Below, one piece after another: positions 29,100 to 38,112 of a stretch of 64,000 nt of DNA; positions within the stretch are counted from its first letter, which is position 1, and each line of letters opens with the position of its first letter. Origin of the DNA: a virus (Duplodnaviria; Heunggongvirae; Uroviricota; Caudoviricetes); the IMG/VR virus record IMGVR_UViG_3300031857_000056, positions 38,590-102,589 of that record, one strand, 5' to 3'. Under the pieces are notes generated by a model. It was not told where the DNA came from. It saw only the letters and a program-made list of their open reading frames with translations, and did not search any database. A program made the position numbers and the translations under genes.

Positions 29100-29831
29100 T
29101 TATTTTAAAGCCTTATAATTGTTGATGGGTGTATGCTTTTTTGTAAGTAAATCCTGATCAAGTACATCAATAGCTTTCTTTTTAGACTTATAAAAAGCAT
29201 TGGTCAATACACGAAGTTCATAGTCTTCAATATTATATCCCATCTTGATATACTTAACCAATCGTTTCAACGTAACACTTGGATAATTAATGCTCTTTGG
29301 ATTGAACTTCAAATTGTTATTTTGAATCTGGTTCAATACATTTTCTTCAATAACTACATTGTTACCATCATAAGCAATACAACATAAATTGATATCAAAT
29401 GACCTAAATAAATCTTCAATGGTATCAAAATACTTGAAACTCACACACTGAATCTTCCACTCTGTATCCATATAGGATATTACCATTGTATGATGCCACT
29501 CAGATACAATATAACTGTTGACACTATACTTACCAGTTGATAAAGCATTGCTATTTAATTCAAGCAAATACTTATCCAATTGTTCTTTGTTCTTAAAAAA
29601 GACATCCACATCACTATCACTCAGTGGTAGTTTACGATAGGTTCTATGTAAAGCACCCCCAGCAATCCAAGGTCCATCTTCATTACACTTGGGTAGAATC
29701 TCAATCAAATGTTCAAGTACACTACCAGTTGTCAAATGCTTTAGAAAAACATTCAACGACAGTTTATTTGTTTTAATTGGTACCACACATTCAGCTTGTG
29801 GCAGTTCTACGAATTTAACATCAGTTGACAT
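29100..29831 (-). CDS. hypothetical protein, possible Pol-beta-superfamily nucleotidyltransferase
   Basis: 'WIAGGAL-x9-SDSDVDVFF' resembles the hG[GS]...[DE]h[DE]h NTase motif. Confidence 0.35.
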   Translation of the reverse strand: MSTDVKFVELPQAECVVPIKTNKLSLNVFLKHLTTGSVLEHLIEILPKCNEDGPWIAGGALHRTYRKLPLSDSDVDVFFKNKEQLDKYLLELNSNALSTGKYSVNSYIVSEWHHTMVISYMDTEWKIQCVSFKYFDTIEDLFRSFDINLCCIAYDGNNVVIEENVLNQIQNNNLKFNPKSINYPSVTLKRLVKYIKMGYNIEDYELRVLTNAFYKSKKKAIDVLDQDLLTKKHTPINNYKALK

Positions 29832-30051
29832 AAATCTTCTTTAATAAATTTGGATAACAATTATCCTGATAAGTTTTGGTATTCTTTCCACTACTATAAC
29901 TCAAACATACACTTTCGTCAAGTACAGGTTCAAACTTGTGTTTAGTCTTATAAAACATATTTACACTATTATTGGTACAAGTCTGATAAAAATCACAACG
30001 TACACTCATACACATACCCAGATCATTGGTCTTAATACTATACTTTTTCAT
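29821..30051 (-). CDS. hypothetical Cys-containing small protein
   Basis: ORF of 76 aa. Confidence 0.3.
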   Translation of the reverse strand: MKKYSIKTNDLGMCMSVRCDFYQTCTNNSVNMFYKTKHKFEPVLDESVCLSYSSGKNTKTYQDNCYPNLLKKIYVN

Positions 30052-30061
30052 AAAAAAATAA

Positions 30062-30085
30062 GGGAGGTACTGTTATATACCTCCC
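30062..30085 (-). terminator. intrinsic terminator hairpin (gggaggta/tacctccc) flanked by A-run and T-run
   Basis: 8-bp GC-rich stem, 8-nt loop, A7 upstream and T4 downstream. Confidence 0.55.
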
Positions 30086-30091
30086 TTTTGA

Positions 30092-31102
30092 TTATTCCTT
30101 ACTTCCAAGTAGGTAAGTATTGCTAATAGCCTTGAAACTAAACTCCCGTTCAAGACCACGAACAACTACACCTTCACGGTCAACACCCATATTCAATACA
30201 CTCTTACCTTCAGCATACTTCAACATATTATCAACCAAGTTTTCATTGGGTAATACATATCCATACTTTTCAAGTACAGGTACCATTGGCACTTCCAACC
30301 TAAACAACAACCACTCCAGTTCATCAAAGAACATACGACGACCCTTATCAATGTCATAACCAGTAAAGAAAAACAACTTGTGGTCGCTCAATCCATACAA
30401 ATTACCATTGATATTTGAACCAATCAATTCTCCCTGAAGCGCAATGTTCTTGCCATACTTAGTCAACTTATCCTTCAACTCAAGCATATTAGCCATACGC
30501 CATAGACTATTGTCATTGGTTTCAGTCAACTCCCAATTACGTCCACAAACACCAAATACACCATTATTGAAGTAACAAGTGAAACTAGTACCATCCAACT
30601 TCTCAGTGATATACACTCGTTCTCCAACAGGCACAAAACCAATGTCACTTTCAAAGTTCTGAATACGAGTTTCATCCGTCTTTGGAATAAAACTAGGAAA
30701 TGTACCCTTGATCTTTCCAGCCAATTGAGCAGGAATAGGAGGTTCATACTTGACAATATCAAGAGCCTCTGTCAAATCATCACCTTCCTTTGGATCAATT
30801 ATACCATCTGGAATTGGAGTCAATAGACCTTGACTCAATTGTCCACGCAACTTGATGGTCTTAAGACGAAATCCTTCAGCGGTTCCCATACGCTTGAAAC
30901 TACTCTTACGCAAGAATTCAAACTGAGGTCGGATAGGTAAGAAGCTGTCAATTTCATAATAAACAGCCAAGTCACCCACCTTATATTCATCCTTCTTTAC
31001 CACAACTTTCCAACCCTTGACATTAGCCACAACAATGGCATCAGCACCAACAATAGGTTGAATGTCAACAATCTTTACAACACTAGCCAATTTACGTTCC
31101 AT
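30092..31102 (-). CDS. ATP-dependent RNA ligase, Rnl5/DraRnl-like with N-terminal OB-like domain
   Basis: 'ITEKLDGTSF' KxDG motif. N-terminus 'KIVDIQPIVGADAIVVANVKGWKVVVKKDEYKVGDLAVYYEIDSFLP'. Track start at 31144 is TTG; ATG at 31102 (MERKLAS) or 31141. Confidence 0.6.
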   Translation of the reverse strand: MERKLASVVKIVDIQPIVGADAIVVANVKGWKVVVKKDEYKVGDLAVYYEIDSFLPIRPQFEFLRKSSFKRMGTAEGFRLKTIKLRGQLSQGLLTPIPDGIIDPKEGDDLTEALDIVKYEPPIPAQLAGKIKGTFPSFIPKTDETRIQNFESDIGFVPVGERVYITEKLDGTSFTCYFNNGVFGVCGRNWELTETNDNSLWRMANMLELKDKLTKYGKNIALQGELIGSNINGNLYGLSDHKLFFFTGYDIDKGRRMFFDELEWLLFRLEVPMVPVLEKYGYVLPNENLVDNMLKYAEGKSVLNMGVDREGVVVRGLEREFSFKAISNTYLLGSKE

Positions 31103-31118
31103 ATTTGTCCTTTCTAAA

Positions 31119-31436
31119 TTAATAAGAGTCAAACTCAACATCAAGTGAATTGAAATTGATAGTAGACGGATCTACATCCAAATCAATACCACCATCAACA
31201 ACAAAAACCTTCAAATCCTTCTTAATCTCGGTAGAAGGTCCACCACTACAGCTACAACCAGAGCTATAACACCAAGTGACGTTACCATCCTTGTCTACAC
31301 CAACACCCTCATAAGAGTGATGACCATAACCCCAATTCTCATTCTCAATCTCCTTGAAAATGACAACGATATCATCATCAAACTTGCTCTTAGGAAGAGC
31401 GTCCCAATTCTGTACAATGTAATCTACGATATTCAT
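31119..31436 (-). CDS. hypothetical protein
   Basis: ORF of 105 aa. Confidence 0.35.
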   Translation of the reverse strand: MNIVDYIVQNWDALPKSKFDDDIVVIFKEIENENWGYGHHSYEGVGVDKDGNVTWCYSSGCSCSGGPSTEIKKDLKVFVVDGGIDLDVDPSTINFNSLDVEFDSY

Positions 31437-31526
31437 TACTCATCTAAGTTACCACGGAGTTTATACAAAGTCAACAAAAAACCCGCAGAATTTCTTCAAC
31501 GGGTCACCAATGTTACTTGTTATTTT

Positions 31527-32432
31527 TTACTTGTTGGTACTTCCAATATTAATGAATGGAACAACACCTCCACCATTATACACCGGCAACTTACCATCCC
31601 ACCTCTGAAGTGCTTCATACTGAACCAGTGACGGAGTTAGTGACTGTGCCAACACAAGGTTAGCTTTTGCTTGAGCCTCTGCCTTTAGAGCAATACTCCT
31701 TGCTTCACCTTCCGCCTTAGCAATATTACTTTCCTTCTCACCACGAGCCTTTTCAATCACTTGATCTGCCTCTGCCTTTGACTGCTTGACCTTAGTCTCA
31801 GCCTCAATAGCACGTTGTGATGCTTCAAGTACTGCATTGATACGTGCCTGAACACTTTGATCTACACGAAGACCACCGTGGAAGCTAATCAACTCAAACT
31901 TGAATCCCTTGGGGCCAAGATGGGCATTGAGATTGCTCTTTACATTGTCAAGAAGGTACTGCTTACGTTCACCAAAGATATCACTAGCTTTCATTGTACT
32001 AGCAACTCGGTTGAATGCATTATTGATTTCATTCCGCATAAATCCGTGGGTAATAACGTCTGGATCTTGTCGGAACTCAACAAAGATTTGTGGAACCTTA
32101 TCTGCCACAAATGTATAAGCAAGTGCAATATCTGCATTAACTACTGCACCCTCAATACTATTGAATGTAACACTATCATCACCGGGACTTTCCTTTGAAC
32201 CAGCTGCCCTATCCCACACAGCATTTTGCATAAATGTGGGGAACTTATAGATATCTTCTGTAAGAGGATTATAGAAGACACCACCAGTCACAAGAGGAAA
32301 GTCATTGACTCCCTTCTGACTACCCCACTGATTTACCTTGATGCCAACATAACCAGGTTCAACCCTGTCACAACCAGTAAAGGTTGAAATGGCGACGATA
32401 CCAGCAATAATACTAACAATGTTCTTATTCAT
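31527..32432 (-). CDS. SPFH/band-7 (prohibitin/HflK-like) lipoprotein
   Basis: Signal plus lipobox 'ISTFTGC'. SPFH-like core, then Ala/Glu/Lys-rich coiled-coil tail 'QRAIEAETKVKQSKAEADQVIEKARGEKESNIAKAEGEARSIALKAEAQAKAN'. Confidence 0.55.
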   Translation of the reverse strand: MNKNIVSIIAGIVAISTFTGCDRVEPGYVGIKVNQWGSQKGVNDFPLVTGGVFYNPLTEDIYKFPTFMQNAVWDRAAGSKESPGDDSVTFNSIEGAVVNADIALAYTFVADKVPQIFVEFRQDPDVITHGFMRNEINNAFNRVASTMKASDIFGERKQYLLDNVKSNLNAHLGPKGFKFELISFHGGLRVDQSVQARINAVLEASQRAIEAETKVKQSKAEADQVIEKARGEKESNIAKAEGEARSIALKAEAQAKANLVLAQSLTPSLVQYEALQRWDGKLPVYNGGGVVPFINIGSTNK

Positions 32433-32673
32433 TTTCTTTATTTTCTGACTTGATGTTCTTGACCAACTTGGTCACATCACTTTTTAAGATTATCAGCGAC
32501 CCGATAAAAAGTCCAGCGAAAAGTGCGGTTCCAACAAGATTTGCAACGTCACTCTTTTGATTAATTAAATTAGTGGATTGATTAAACAAACAAGCGCCCA
32601 CTGTAAGTACAACAAAATACTTTGCACAATACTTTACAATATTTTTATTACTAAACATAAATTTTTCATTCAT
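32425..32673 (-). CDS. small membrane protein
   Basis: Two hydrophobic segments. Overlap-coupled to the SPFH gene. Confidence 0.35.
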   Translation of the reverse strand: MNEKFMFSNKNIVKYCAKYFVVLTVGACLFNQSTNLINQKSDVANLVGTALFAGLFIGSLIILKSDVTKLVKNIKSENKENE

Positions 32674-32728
32674 ATCAAATAGACTATACTACAAAAAAGA
32701 GGAACTGTCAAGTCCCTCTTAAATGTTT

Positions 32729-33373
32729 TTAATGATGTTTATCTTGCTTAACGTGATTCTTGTTCATCATAATCTTCTGAATCTCTGGAAAAGACAACGG
32801 CTTGCCGTGACCATCCCAACCCACATCCAGAATTTTATTGTCTGGGTTATCAAGTTGAGTAGTTGGATTGGTATAGTGGCTGTGACCACTCAACTGCCAA
32901 GCACCCTTTTGCATCTGATTAAAAATCTGATGTGGGTAATGATGAATAACAATCATATGACCATTTACAATTAGTTCCTTGTAATAACCCAGATAAGTTA
33001 TCTTACCAACTGCATATGGATACACTTCAATATCTTTACCATATTCAGTTGCAATAGCTTCTTCATACAATCTACGAATACAACTGTTATGATTACCCCA
33101 AATATAAGCAATATTTTGACAATTGATTCGTGCTAGAATTTCATTGAACTCTGGAGGGGTAATGTTTAGACAAAAATCACCCAGATGAATTAGTGTATCT
33201 TCTGGACGCACTACTTCATTAATCTTTGCAATCAAAGCATCATCGTGTTCATAACGATCTTTATAACCTCTAGCTTCAAATATGAAACTTTGGTTATGCC
33301 GGAAATGAGTATCACTGGTAAAGAATACCTTGTGACTATCATTATGTGTTAGTTTTAGAGGTCTTTCAAACAT
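32729..33373 (-). CDS. calcineurin-like metallophosphoesterase (Pnkp-type 2',3'/3' phosphatase candidate)
   Basis: 'SDTHF' (DxH), 'GDFCL' (GD), 'GNHN', 'HH', 'GHSH'. Overlaps the kinase gene by 8 nt. Confidence 0.65.
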   Translation of the reverse strand: MFERPLKLTHNDSHKVFFTSDTHFRHNQSFIFEARGYKDRYEHDDALIAKINEVVRPEDTLIHLGDFCLNITPPEFNEILARINCQNIAYIWGNHNSCIRRLYEEAIATEYGKDIEVYPYAVGKITYLGYYKELIVNGHMIVIHHYPHQIFNQMQKGAWQLSGHSHYTNPTTQLDNPDNKILDVGWDGHGKPLSFPEIQKIMMNKNHVKQDKHH

Positions 33374-33824
33374 AAATCATTACATCAATTCCTTCATTAA
33401 AGGATGGATCTTCATATTTTGATAGCATCCTATCAATAATATTTGTAGGCACAACTCTACCACCTTGTTCTCCTCGTTTCTTGTTTCTTTCAATTAATCC
33501 TTGACGATCCATCTTGAAAACAATAGCAACTACTTTTGCACCATATTTCTTTGCAGTCTTAATATAGTCACTACGTTCCTTACGGTTTACACTGGTTGCG
33601 TCAACCAATACATTTTTACCATCTTTTAGAAATTCGTCAACCTTTCTTTTGATGTGACCGAAAACAAGTGGGGTAACAGTTTGATCTTCTTCACTTTTAC
33701 CATATACAGCACGTAGTGAATCACTACTTAGATATTCAATATCTTTGTCTTTAATAAAGTTTTTTGCATATGTGGATTTACCACTTCCAGGCAATCCAAC
33801 CGCAATATAAAGTGTATTATTCAT
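33366..33824 (-). CDS. pnk: polynucleotide 5'-kinase (T4 Pnk kinase-domain-like)
   Basis: 'GLPGSGKSTYA' P-loop, 'DATSVNRKER', 'NKKRG...VP..IIDRM'. Collinear with the T4 Pnk kinase domain. Confidence 0.6.
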   Translation of the reverse strand: MNNTLYIAVGLPGSGKSTYAKNFIKDKDIEYLSSDSLRAVYGKSEEDQTVTPLVFGHIKRKVDEFLKDGKNVLVDATSVNRKERSDYIKTAKKYGAKVVAIVFKMDRQGLIERNKKRGEQGGRVVPTNIIDRMLSKYEDPSFNEGIDVMIYV

Positions 33825-33830
33825 ATGTAC

Positions 33831-33858
33831 ATCTTAACTCAACTTGTTATAAAGTCAA
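33831..33858 (-). promoter_or_regulatory. sigma70-like promoter TTGACT-16-TAAGAT, 6 nt from the ATG
   Basis: Read on the minus strand: TTGACTTTATAACAAGTTGAGTTAAGATGTACATATG. Confidence 0.5.
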
Positions 33859-33928
33859 GAAAATTGTTAAGGGTAGGTAAAAGATGTTTATTTGGGGTAC
33901 AATCTATGGTATATATGTAGTGTAATCA

Positions 33929-34300
33929 ATGGTTGGTTACAGAGTAACAAAAGGTAAATATATGTTAAAGTATCTATTAGTATTGACCGCAGCATTGTCT
34001 TTAAATGCTCAACAAGGTCCAAAACAACCAAAAACAGGTGGACCAGATCCAGTACCACCACATTTGCGTCCTGAACGTCCCAAGTTGACTGAAGAACAAA
34101 AGAAGCAACGTAGTGAACTTGTTGCTAAATATGATGCAAATAAAGATGGTAAGTTGGACAAAGAAGAACGTATCAAGGTTAGTGACGCTGATCGTAAGTT
34201 AATGAGAAGTTTTGGTCCACCTCCAAGAGGTCCAAAACACGATGGTCCTCCTCCAACAAAAGATGGTGAAAGACCAGGTAAACCACACAAGAAGAACTAA
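33929..34300 (+). CDS. secreted Pro-rich protein with an EF-hand-like loop
   Basis: Signal peptide. 'DANKDGKLDKEE' Ca-binding loop pattern. Plus-strand island ending at a bidirectional terminator. Confidence 0.45.
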   Translation: MVGYRVTKGKYMLKYLLVLTAALSLNAQQGPKQPKTGGPDPVPPHLRPERPKLTEEQKKQRSELVAKYDANKDGKLDKEERIKVSDADRKLMRSFGPPPRGPKHDGPPPTKDGERPGKPHKKN

Positions 34301-34303
34301 AAC

Positions 34304-34336
34304 AAATAACCCCACTAAATTAGTAGTGGGGTTTTT
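34304..34336. repeat. dispersed 33-35 bp terminator-containing element, copy 1 of 3
   Basis: 'aaataaccccactaaattagtagtggggttttt'. Compare with 35451..35484 and 36181..36210. Confidence 0.6.
34310..34331. terminator. bidirectional intrinsic terminator (ccccacta..tagtgggg)
   Basis: 8-bp stem, T5 on the plus side and A-rich on the other. Between convergent genes. Confidence 0.6.
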
Positions 34337-34352
34337 GATTTATACTTAAAAA

Positions 34353-35426
34353 TTACGGTGTTTGTATAGCATTGAGTAATGCTCTTGCTACAACACGATC
34401 TTTTTCTTTTTCTTCTTCAGGAAGTGAAGAATAATTTACATTTGACAATTTTCTTCTTTGTTCAATTTTAGCGTCCAATTTACCATTATCTCTCAACTTT
34501 TGAGTATCACTGAATTGGTCTGGGTTTGCCACAAACTTTTTAGCAGTTTCATTCCAACCACTATGAATTGCATCCGAAATCTTTTCTATGTCAGTTACAC
34601 CCGCGTCAATTACTCTTTTGGCAAATTCCGCTGATTTTAAATTGGCTTGCCATCCAAATGTATTACCCGGAGTGCTTCTACCATAATGATAAGCATTATC
34701 CAATGCTTCATCACTAACGGTTGCCAAATCTTCTATTGACATATTTTCATTCAACTTCTTGTGTAGAAGTTTAAGATGCTTTTGAAATGTTTCGTTTAAA
34801 ATATTCTGGTTCATATGATTATAAGTATCTTCGGTTATATGTAATTGTTTTAAAAAAAAGTCAACAATTTCTTTTATTATAGGTGCTAATCCTTTCGTGG
34901 AAAACATAATATCAGATTCTTTTTCAACGTCATCAAAATCTAAATCATAACTTCCAAGCTTTAAACCATTAGTAATGATATCACGTATACTTTTAAGTGC
35001 AGCTCCATCACCACTCAATCCTTTTTTATACAATATCAACTTTGCAACTTTCATTAATAAACCAATTGTAATTGTATAATATATCGTAATAGCAATATGT
35101 TTTAATTCAGATTCATCTTTTGTTTTTAGTTTTGGTATTTTTTTCAATACAAACACCAATCCATTAATATATGATGTAGCCCATTTATCAATATTATCTA
35201 TTGCAATTTGAATTTTTGGTAACATAGTTTTTGTTACAAAATTTGCAGTCTTCGATTTGTTAGAATCAGCAAACAAATTTTTAGGCATAATTAATGCAAT
35301 TAAATTTTTTACTATATTAAGAAATGCAGCAGATATTACTGGTAAGGTAAGCAGCAATGTCACAATTGATACTACATCTCCAATTCCTTCTACATATAGT
35401 TTTTTCTTATTTACATTTTTAGCCAT
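34353..35426 (-). CDS. membrane-anchored hypothetical protein (C-terminal half paralogous to 35506..36165)
   Basis: N-terminal transmembrane segment 'VVSIVTLLLTLPVISAAFL'. Internal 'LNETFQKHLKLLHKKLNENMS' parallels the N-terminus of the next gene. Confidence 0.45.
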   Translation of the reverse strand: MAKNVNKKKLYVEGIGDVVSIVTLLLTLPVISAAFLNIVKNLIALIMPKNLFADSNKSKTANFVTKTMLPKIQIAIDNIDKWATSYINGLVFVLKKIPKLKTKDESELKHIAITIYYTITIGLLMKVAKLILYKKGLSGDGAALKSIRDIITNGLKLGSYDLDFDDVEKESDIMFSTKGLAPIIKEIVDFFLKQLHITEDTYNHMNQNILNETFQKHLKLLHKKLNENMSIEDLATVSDEALDNAYHYGRSTPGNTFGWQANLKSAEFAKRVIDAGVTDIEKISDAIHSGWNETAKKFVANPDQFSDTQKLRDNGKLDAKIEQRRKLSNVNYSSLPEEEKEKDRVVARALLNAIQTP

Positions 35427-35450
35427 ATTGATATAAATATATCTACAAAA

Positions 35451-35484
35451 AAATAAACCCCACTAAATTAATAGTGGGGTTTTT
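35451..35484. repeat. terminator-containing element, copy 2
   Basis: 'aaataaaccccactaaattaatagtggggttttt'. Confidence 0.6.
35458..35479 (-). terminator. intrinsic terminator hairpin
   Basis: Stem ccccacta/tagtgggg, flanked by A7 and T5. Confidence 0.55.
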
Positions 35485-35505
35485 GCTTATTAAATTGATA
35501 TAGTT

Positions 35506-36165
35506 TTAAACTAATACAGCGTCATATAACTGGTTTGAATTGGCTGCTTTTATTCGTAGTTCCACTTTGCCAGCACTTCGAATTACATCAATTACCACGG
35601 CACCCATTAAACCATCTGGTTCATTACCTTCATTAGTTACTTCATCAACTGGTCTTTTTAATCCGCCGGCTGTATAGAGTATATCTAATAATTGTTTAAA
35701 GTTTTCGTCACTCCAATTTGGAAAGTTGCTTCTAACATCAGGATCCCCGCCTCCTTGACTCATACTTACAAAATCTCTAGCGGACATTTGCAAAGATGAT
35801 GAACCTTTACCAAAATGTTTTATATATTGATTAGCAGTGTTTTTTACTTTTTCATCTGAAACACCACTGCCTTTTTTAACAATTTTTACAAACTCATTTC
35901 CTTTCAATTCAAAACCACTTTCTTTGAATGCATCCACCAATTCATTAAATGCATCCGTACCTTTTTCAATATCTAAATCATTCAAAACGGTATCAACTTC
36001 AAATGAAGAGGTATAACCACTACTATTTTGATCTAACCAAAAGGCTAGTTTAGCATCTATAGTGTCGTCGTCAGGCTCAAATAATCCTTCATTCAACTGA
36101 AGTTTTTTATTTAGAAGACCCAAATGTTTTTTAAATGTTTCGTTAAGTAAATTGCTCATATACAA
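35506..36165 (-). CDS. hypothetical protein (paralog of the C-terminal part of 34353..35426)
   Basis: 'LNETFKKHLGLLNKKLQLNEG' N-terminus. Confidence 0.45.
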   Translation of the reverse strand: MYMSNLLNETFKKHLGLLNKKLQLNEGLFEPDDDTIDAKLAFWLDQNSSGYTSSFEVDTVLNDLDIEKGTDAFNELVDAFKESGFELKGNEFVKIVKKGSGVSDEKVKNTANQYIKHFGKGSSSLQMSARDFVSMSQGGGDPDVRSNFPNWSDENFKQLLDILYTAGGLKRPVDEVTNEGNEPDGLMGAVVIDVIRSAGKVELRIKAANSNQLYDAVLV

Positions 36166-36180
36166 TAAATATATACAAAA

Positions 36181-36210
36181 AAATAAAACCCATCAAATTA
36201 ATGATGGGTT
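36181..36210. repeat. terminator-containing element, copy 3 (diverged)
   Basis: 'aaataaaacccatcaaattaatgatgggtt'. Confidence 0.5.
36187..36210 (-). terminator. intrinsic terminator hairpin (aacccatca/tgatgggtt)
   Basis: 9-bp stem downstream of the Rnl1-like gene, with A-rich and T-rich flanks. Confidence 0.45.
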
Positions 36211-36216
36211 CTACTA

Positions 36217-37308
36217 TTAGTTCTTTAAGACTTGGAACATCAACTTCTTATATTCTTCCTTACCTAATGGACGATTATCCAAGAGTTTAAATACAAAAGC
36301 AGCTCTGTTTGTTTCACCATAAGATGAAATAACCAGTTGTGCTTGTTCTTTTCTGGTAGGCAATGAACGAAGTCTGTTATTCACAAAACTATTCATACCA
36401 TCCACAATCTTGTTTACTTCCTTCTTACCATCCGCAATACGGCTAATAGTACCTTTAATTTGTTCTGCTAACTCGAAATCAAAGGTGGTAAAGATATAGT
36501 TATAAAAAGTGTTGTAGTCAGGCATACCCTGTTCCAACCACACATCCATAATTTTTTCCAGTGAACTAAGTTCAGACTTTAGATGATGTAACAGGAGATA
36601 TTTAGATGCTTTAATCTTATGAATAGTCTGATCATTCTTACTATATAAGCATACGCCTTCTTTATCTTGCCACTTATCTACAATCTGTAACATATCAGTT
36701 ATATCAGTAAAAGTATAGATTTCCGGACGAAGTAAATCATACTTCTTAGCCATAGCATCCAACATATCTTGTTGTGCAAGTGAATAGTTGATATGATTAA
36801 TAAAACCAATCAACTTCCACATAGGTTCATCGCCATACGATAACACAATTTTATTGATTGGAGACAGCCATTCCCAAATGATAGAATAACCCCAAGTATC
36901 ATTGTTATCCTGTAACTTACTTAGAATAGTTGACTTGAACAATTCTAACTCAAAACCATTAGCCATAGTAGAAGCATCAACAGTTCCACGGGTTCGTAGA
37001 ATATATTGACCCTTATACTTGCTAACAATCAAAGTGCTACCGTCCAACTTTTCAACAACAGTGCAATGCTTCAATGAAGCAGGAACAGGAAAGTGTTCAG
37101 GATTCTCCCCATAGTTAGTAAACTTCGGAAATGATGCACTAATAACTTCACCCTCATAATTCACAACCACACTACGCATGTGCTTGTTGTCTTGCGTCCA
37201 CTTAGTGCCAATATTTTGGGGTTGAATCAAATGGACAATTTCACCGAAAGCGTGGAAATGGTGCACCATAAATTGAGTGCGGTCAACCTTATCTATGTCA
37301 ATTTTCAT
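36217..37308 (-). CDS. rnlA: RNA ligase 1 (T4 RnlA-like, tRNA repair)
   Basis: 'VVEKLDGSTL' KxDG, 'FPKFTNYGENPEHF' (compare T4 'KFFNLNENP'), 'EGVCLYSKNDQTIHKIKASKY' motif IV/V pattern. Confidence 0.65.
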   Translation of the reverse strand: MKIDIDKVDRTQFMVHHFHAFGEIVHLIQPQNIGTKWTQDNKHMRSVVVNYEGEVISASFPKFTNYGENPEHFPVPASLKHCTVVEKLDGSTLIVSKYKGQYILRTRGTVDASTMANGFELELFKSTILSKLQDNNDTWGYSIIWEWLSPINKIVLSYGDEPMWKLIGFINHINYSLAQQDMLDAMAKKYDLLRPEIYTFTDITDMLQIVDKWQDKEGVCLYSKNDQTIHKIKASKYLLLHHLKSELSSLEKIMDVWLEQGMPDYNTFYNYIFTTFDFELAEQIKGTISRIADGKKEVNKIVDGMNSFVNNRLRSLPTRKEQAQLVISSYGETNRAAFVFKLLDNRPLGKEEYKKLMFQVLKN

Positions 37309-37314
37309 AGATTT

Positions 37315-37343
37315 ATCTTACAACAGATTTTAAAGAAAGTCAA
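37315..37343 (-). promoter_or_regulatory. sigma70-like promoter TTGACT-17-TAAGAT, 6 nt from the ATG
   Basis: TTGACTTTCTTTAAAATCTGTTGTAAGATAAATCTATG. Confidence 0.5.
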
Positions 37344-37672
37344 GGTTCATCTTCAACATTTTCACCACATTCTTTGCAACTATCAAATAGTAGAAACAAA
37401 GACAGTTTTTCTTCCATTTTTTCTTTGCTTCCAAAGTGTTCTGTAAGTATTTCGTCTGCTTTGATATCATCTTTCCAACCAGCCCAATTTCCGTCACCGG
37501 GAGTTCCACCCAATTCCAGATAATTACACCAAGGAAATTCCACACCATTGACATTTTTTACATCATAGTATGGACACCGATTTACTGTGCCACGATAGTT
37601 GTTACTTTCACTAGGAACCTCTTTCCAAGTGTAACAATAATCTCCTTTGGGTATGACACTAGTGTCTTTCAT
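37340..37672 (-). CDS. hypothetical protein
   Basis: ORF of 110 aa. Confidence 0.4.
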   Translation of the reverse strand: MKDTSVIPKGDYCYTWKEVPSESNNYRGTVNRCPYYDVKNVNGVEFPWCNYLELGGTPGDGNWAGWKDDIKADEILTEHFGSKEKMEEKLSLFLLFDSCKECGENVEDEP

Positions 37673-37678
37673 ACAACT

Positions 37679-37707
37679 ACATTACTACACAGTTTAGAAT
37701 AAGTCAA
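37679..37707 (-). promoter_or_regulatory. sigma70-like promoter TTGACT-17-TAATGT, 6 nt from the ATG
   Basis: TTGACTTATTCTAAACTGTGTAGTAATGTAGTTGTATG. Confidence 0.45.
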
Positions 37708-38111
37708 GCCAAATATTTCAAAATGAAATAATTGCAAATTAGATGATAGGTATTATCACTTATAATGTATAGCCAAGTGCTAATAAACTTGGGTCTAGCA
37801 TCTGGATCAGTATTTTTCCAATCGTCATAATAACCAGTAACGTTGCATTTATCATATGATGGATATGACCAATCTGGTCCAATTCGATTTTTATACCAAA
37901 CAAAGTATTTGATAATACACCATCTATCTTGAATAAAGTGAGTGGCAAATATTAGAAATAGTGCTAGTATATTTTGAGTAAGCAACAAAAATGGTACAGT
38001 ATATAACAAACAGTGAACCAAACAAGGAATAGATCGCTTGTTTTTATTCAAAGCCATCCAATCGCTTTGGAAATAATAATCTGCTACTAAATGTACCAAT
38101 AGTTGTTCCAT
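37704..38111 (-). CDS. membrane protein
   Basis: Three or four hydrophobic helices. Confidence 0.4.
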   Translation of the reverse strand: MEQLLVHLVADYYFQSDWMALNKNKRSIPCLVHCLLYTVPFLLLTQNILALFLIFATHFIQDRWCIIKYFVWYKNRIGPDWSYPSYDKCNVTGYYDDWKNTDPDARPKFISTWLYIISDNTYHLICNYFILKYLA

Positions 38112-38112
38112 A

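Noticed and set aside
31103-31144. ORF-track start 'MMLSLTLINLERTN' for the Rnl5-like ligase, and similar TTG/GTG starts at 871, 27081, 40259, 58314 and 63463
   Set aside because: The first codons are TTG or GTG and overlap upstream genes or promoter elements. In-frame ATGs at the positions predicted by promoter geometry fit better.
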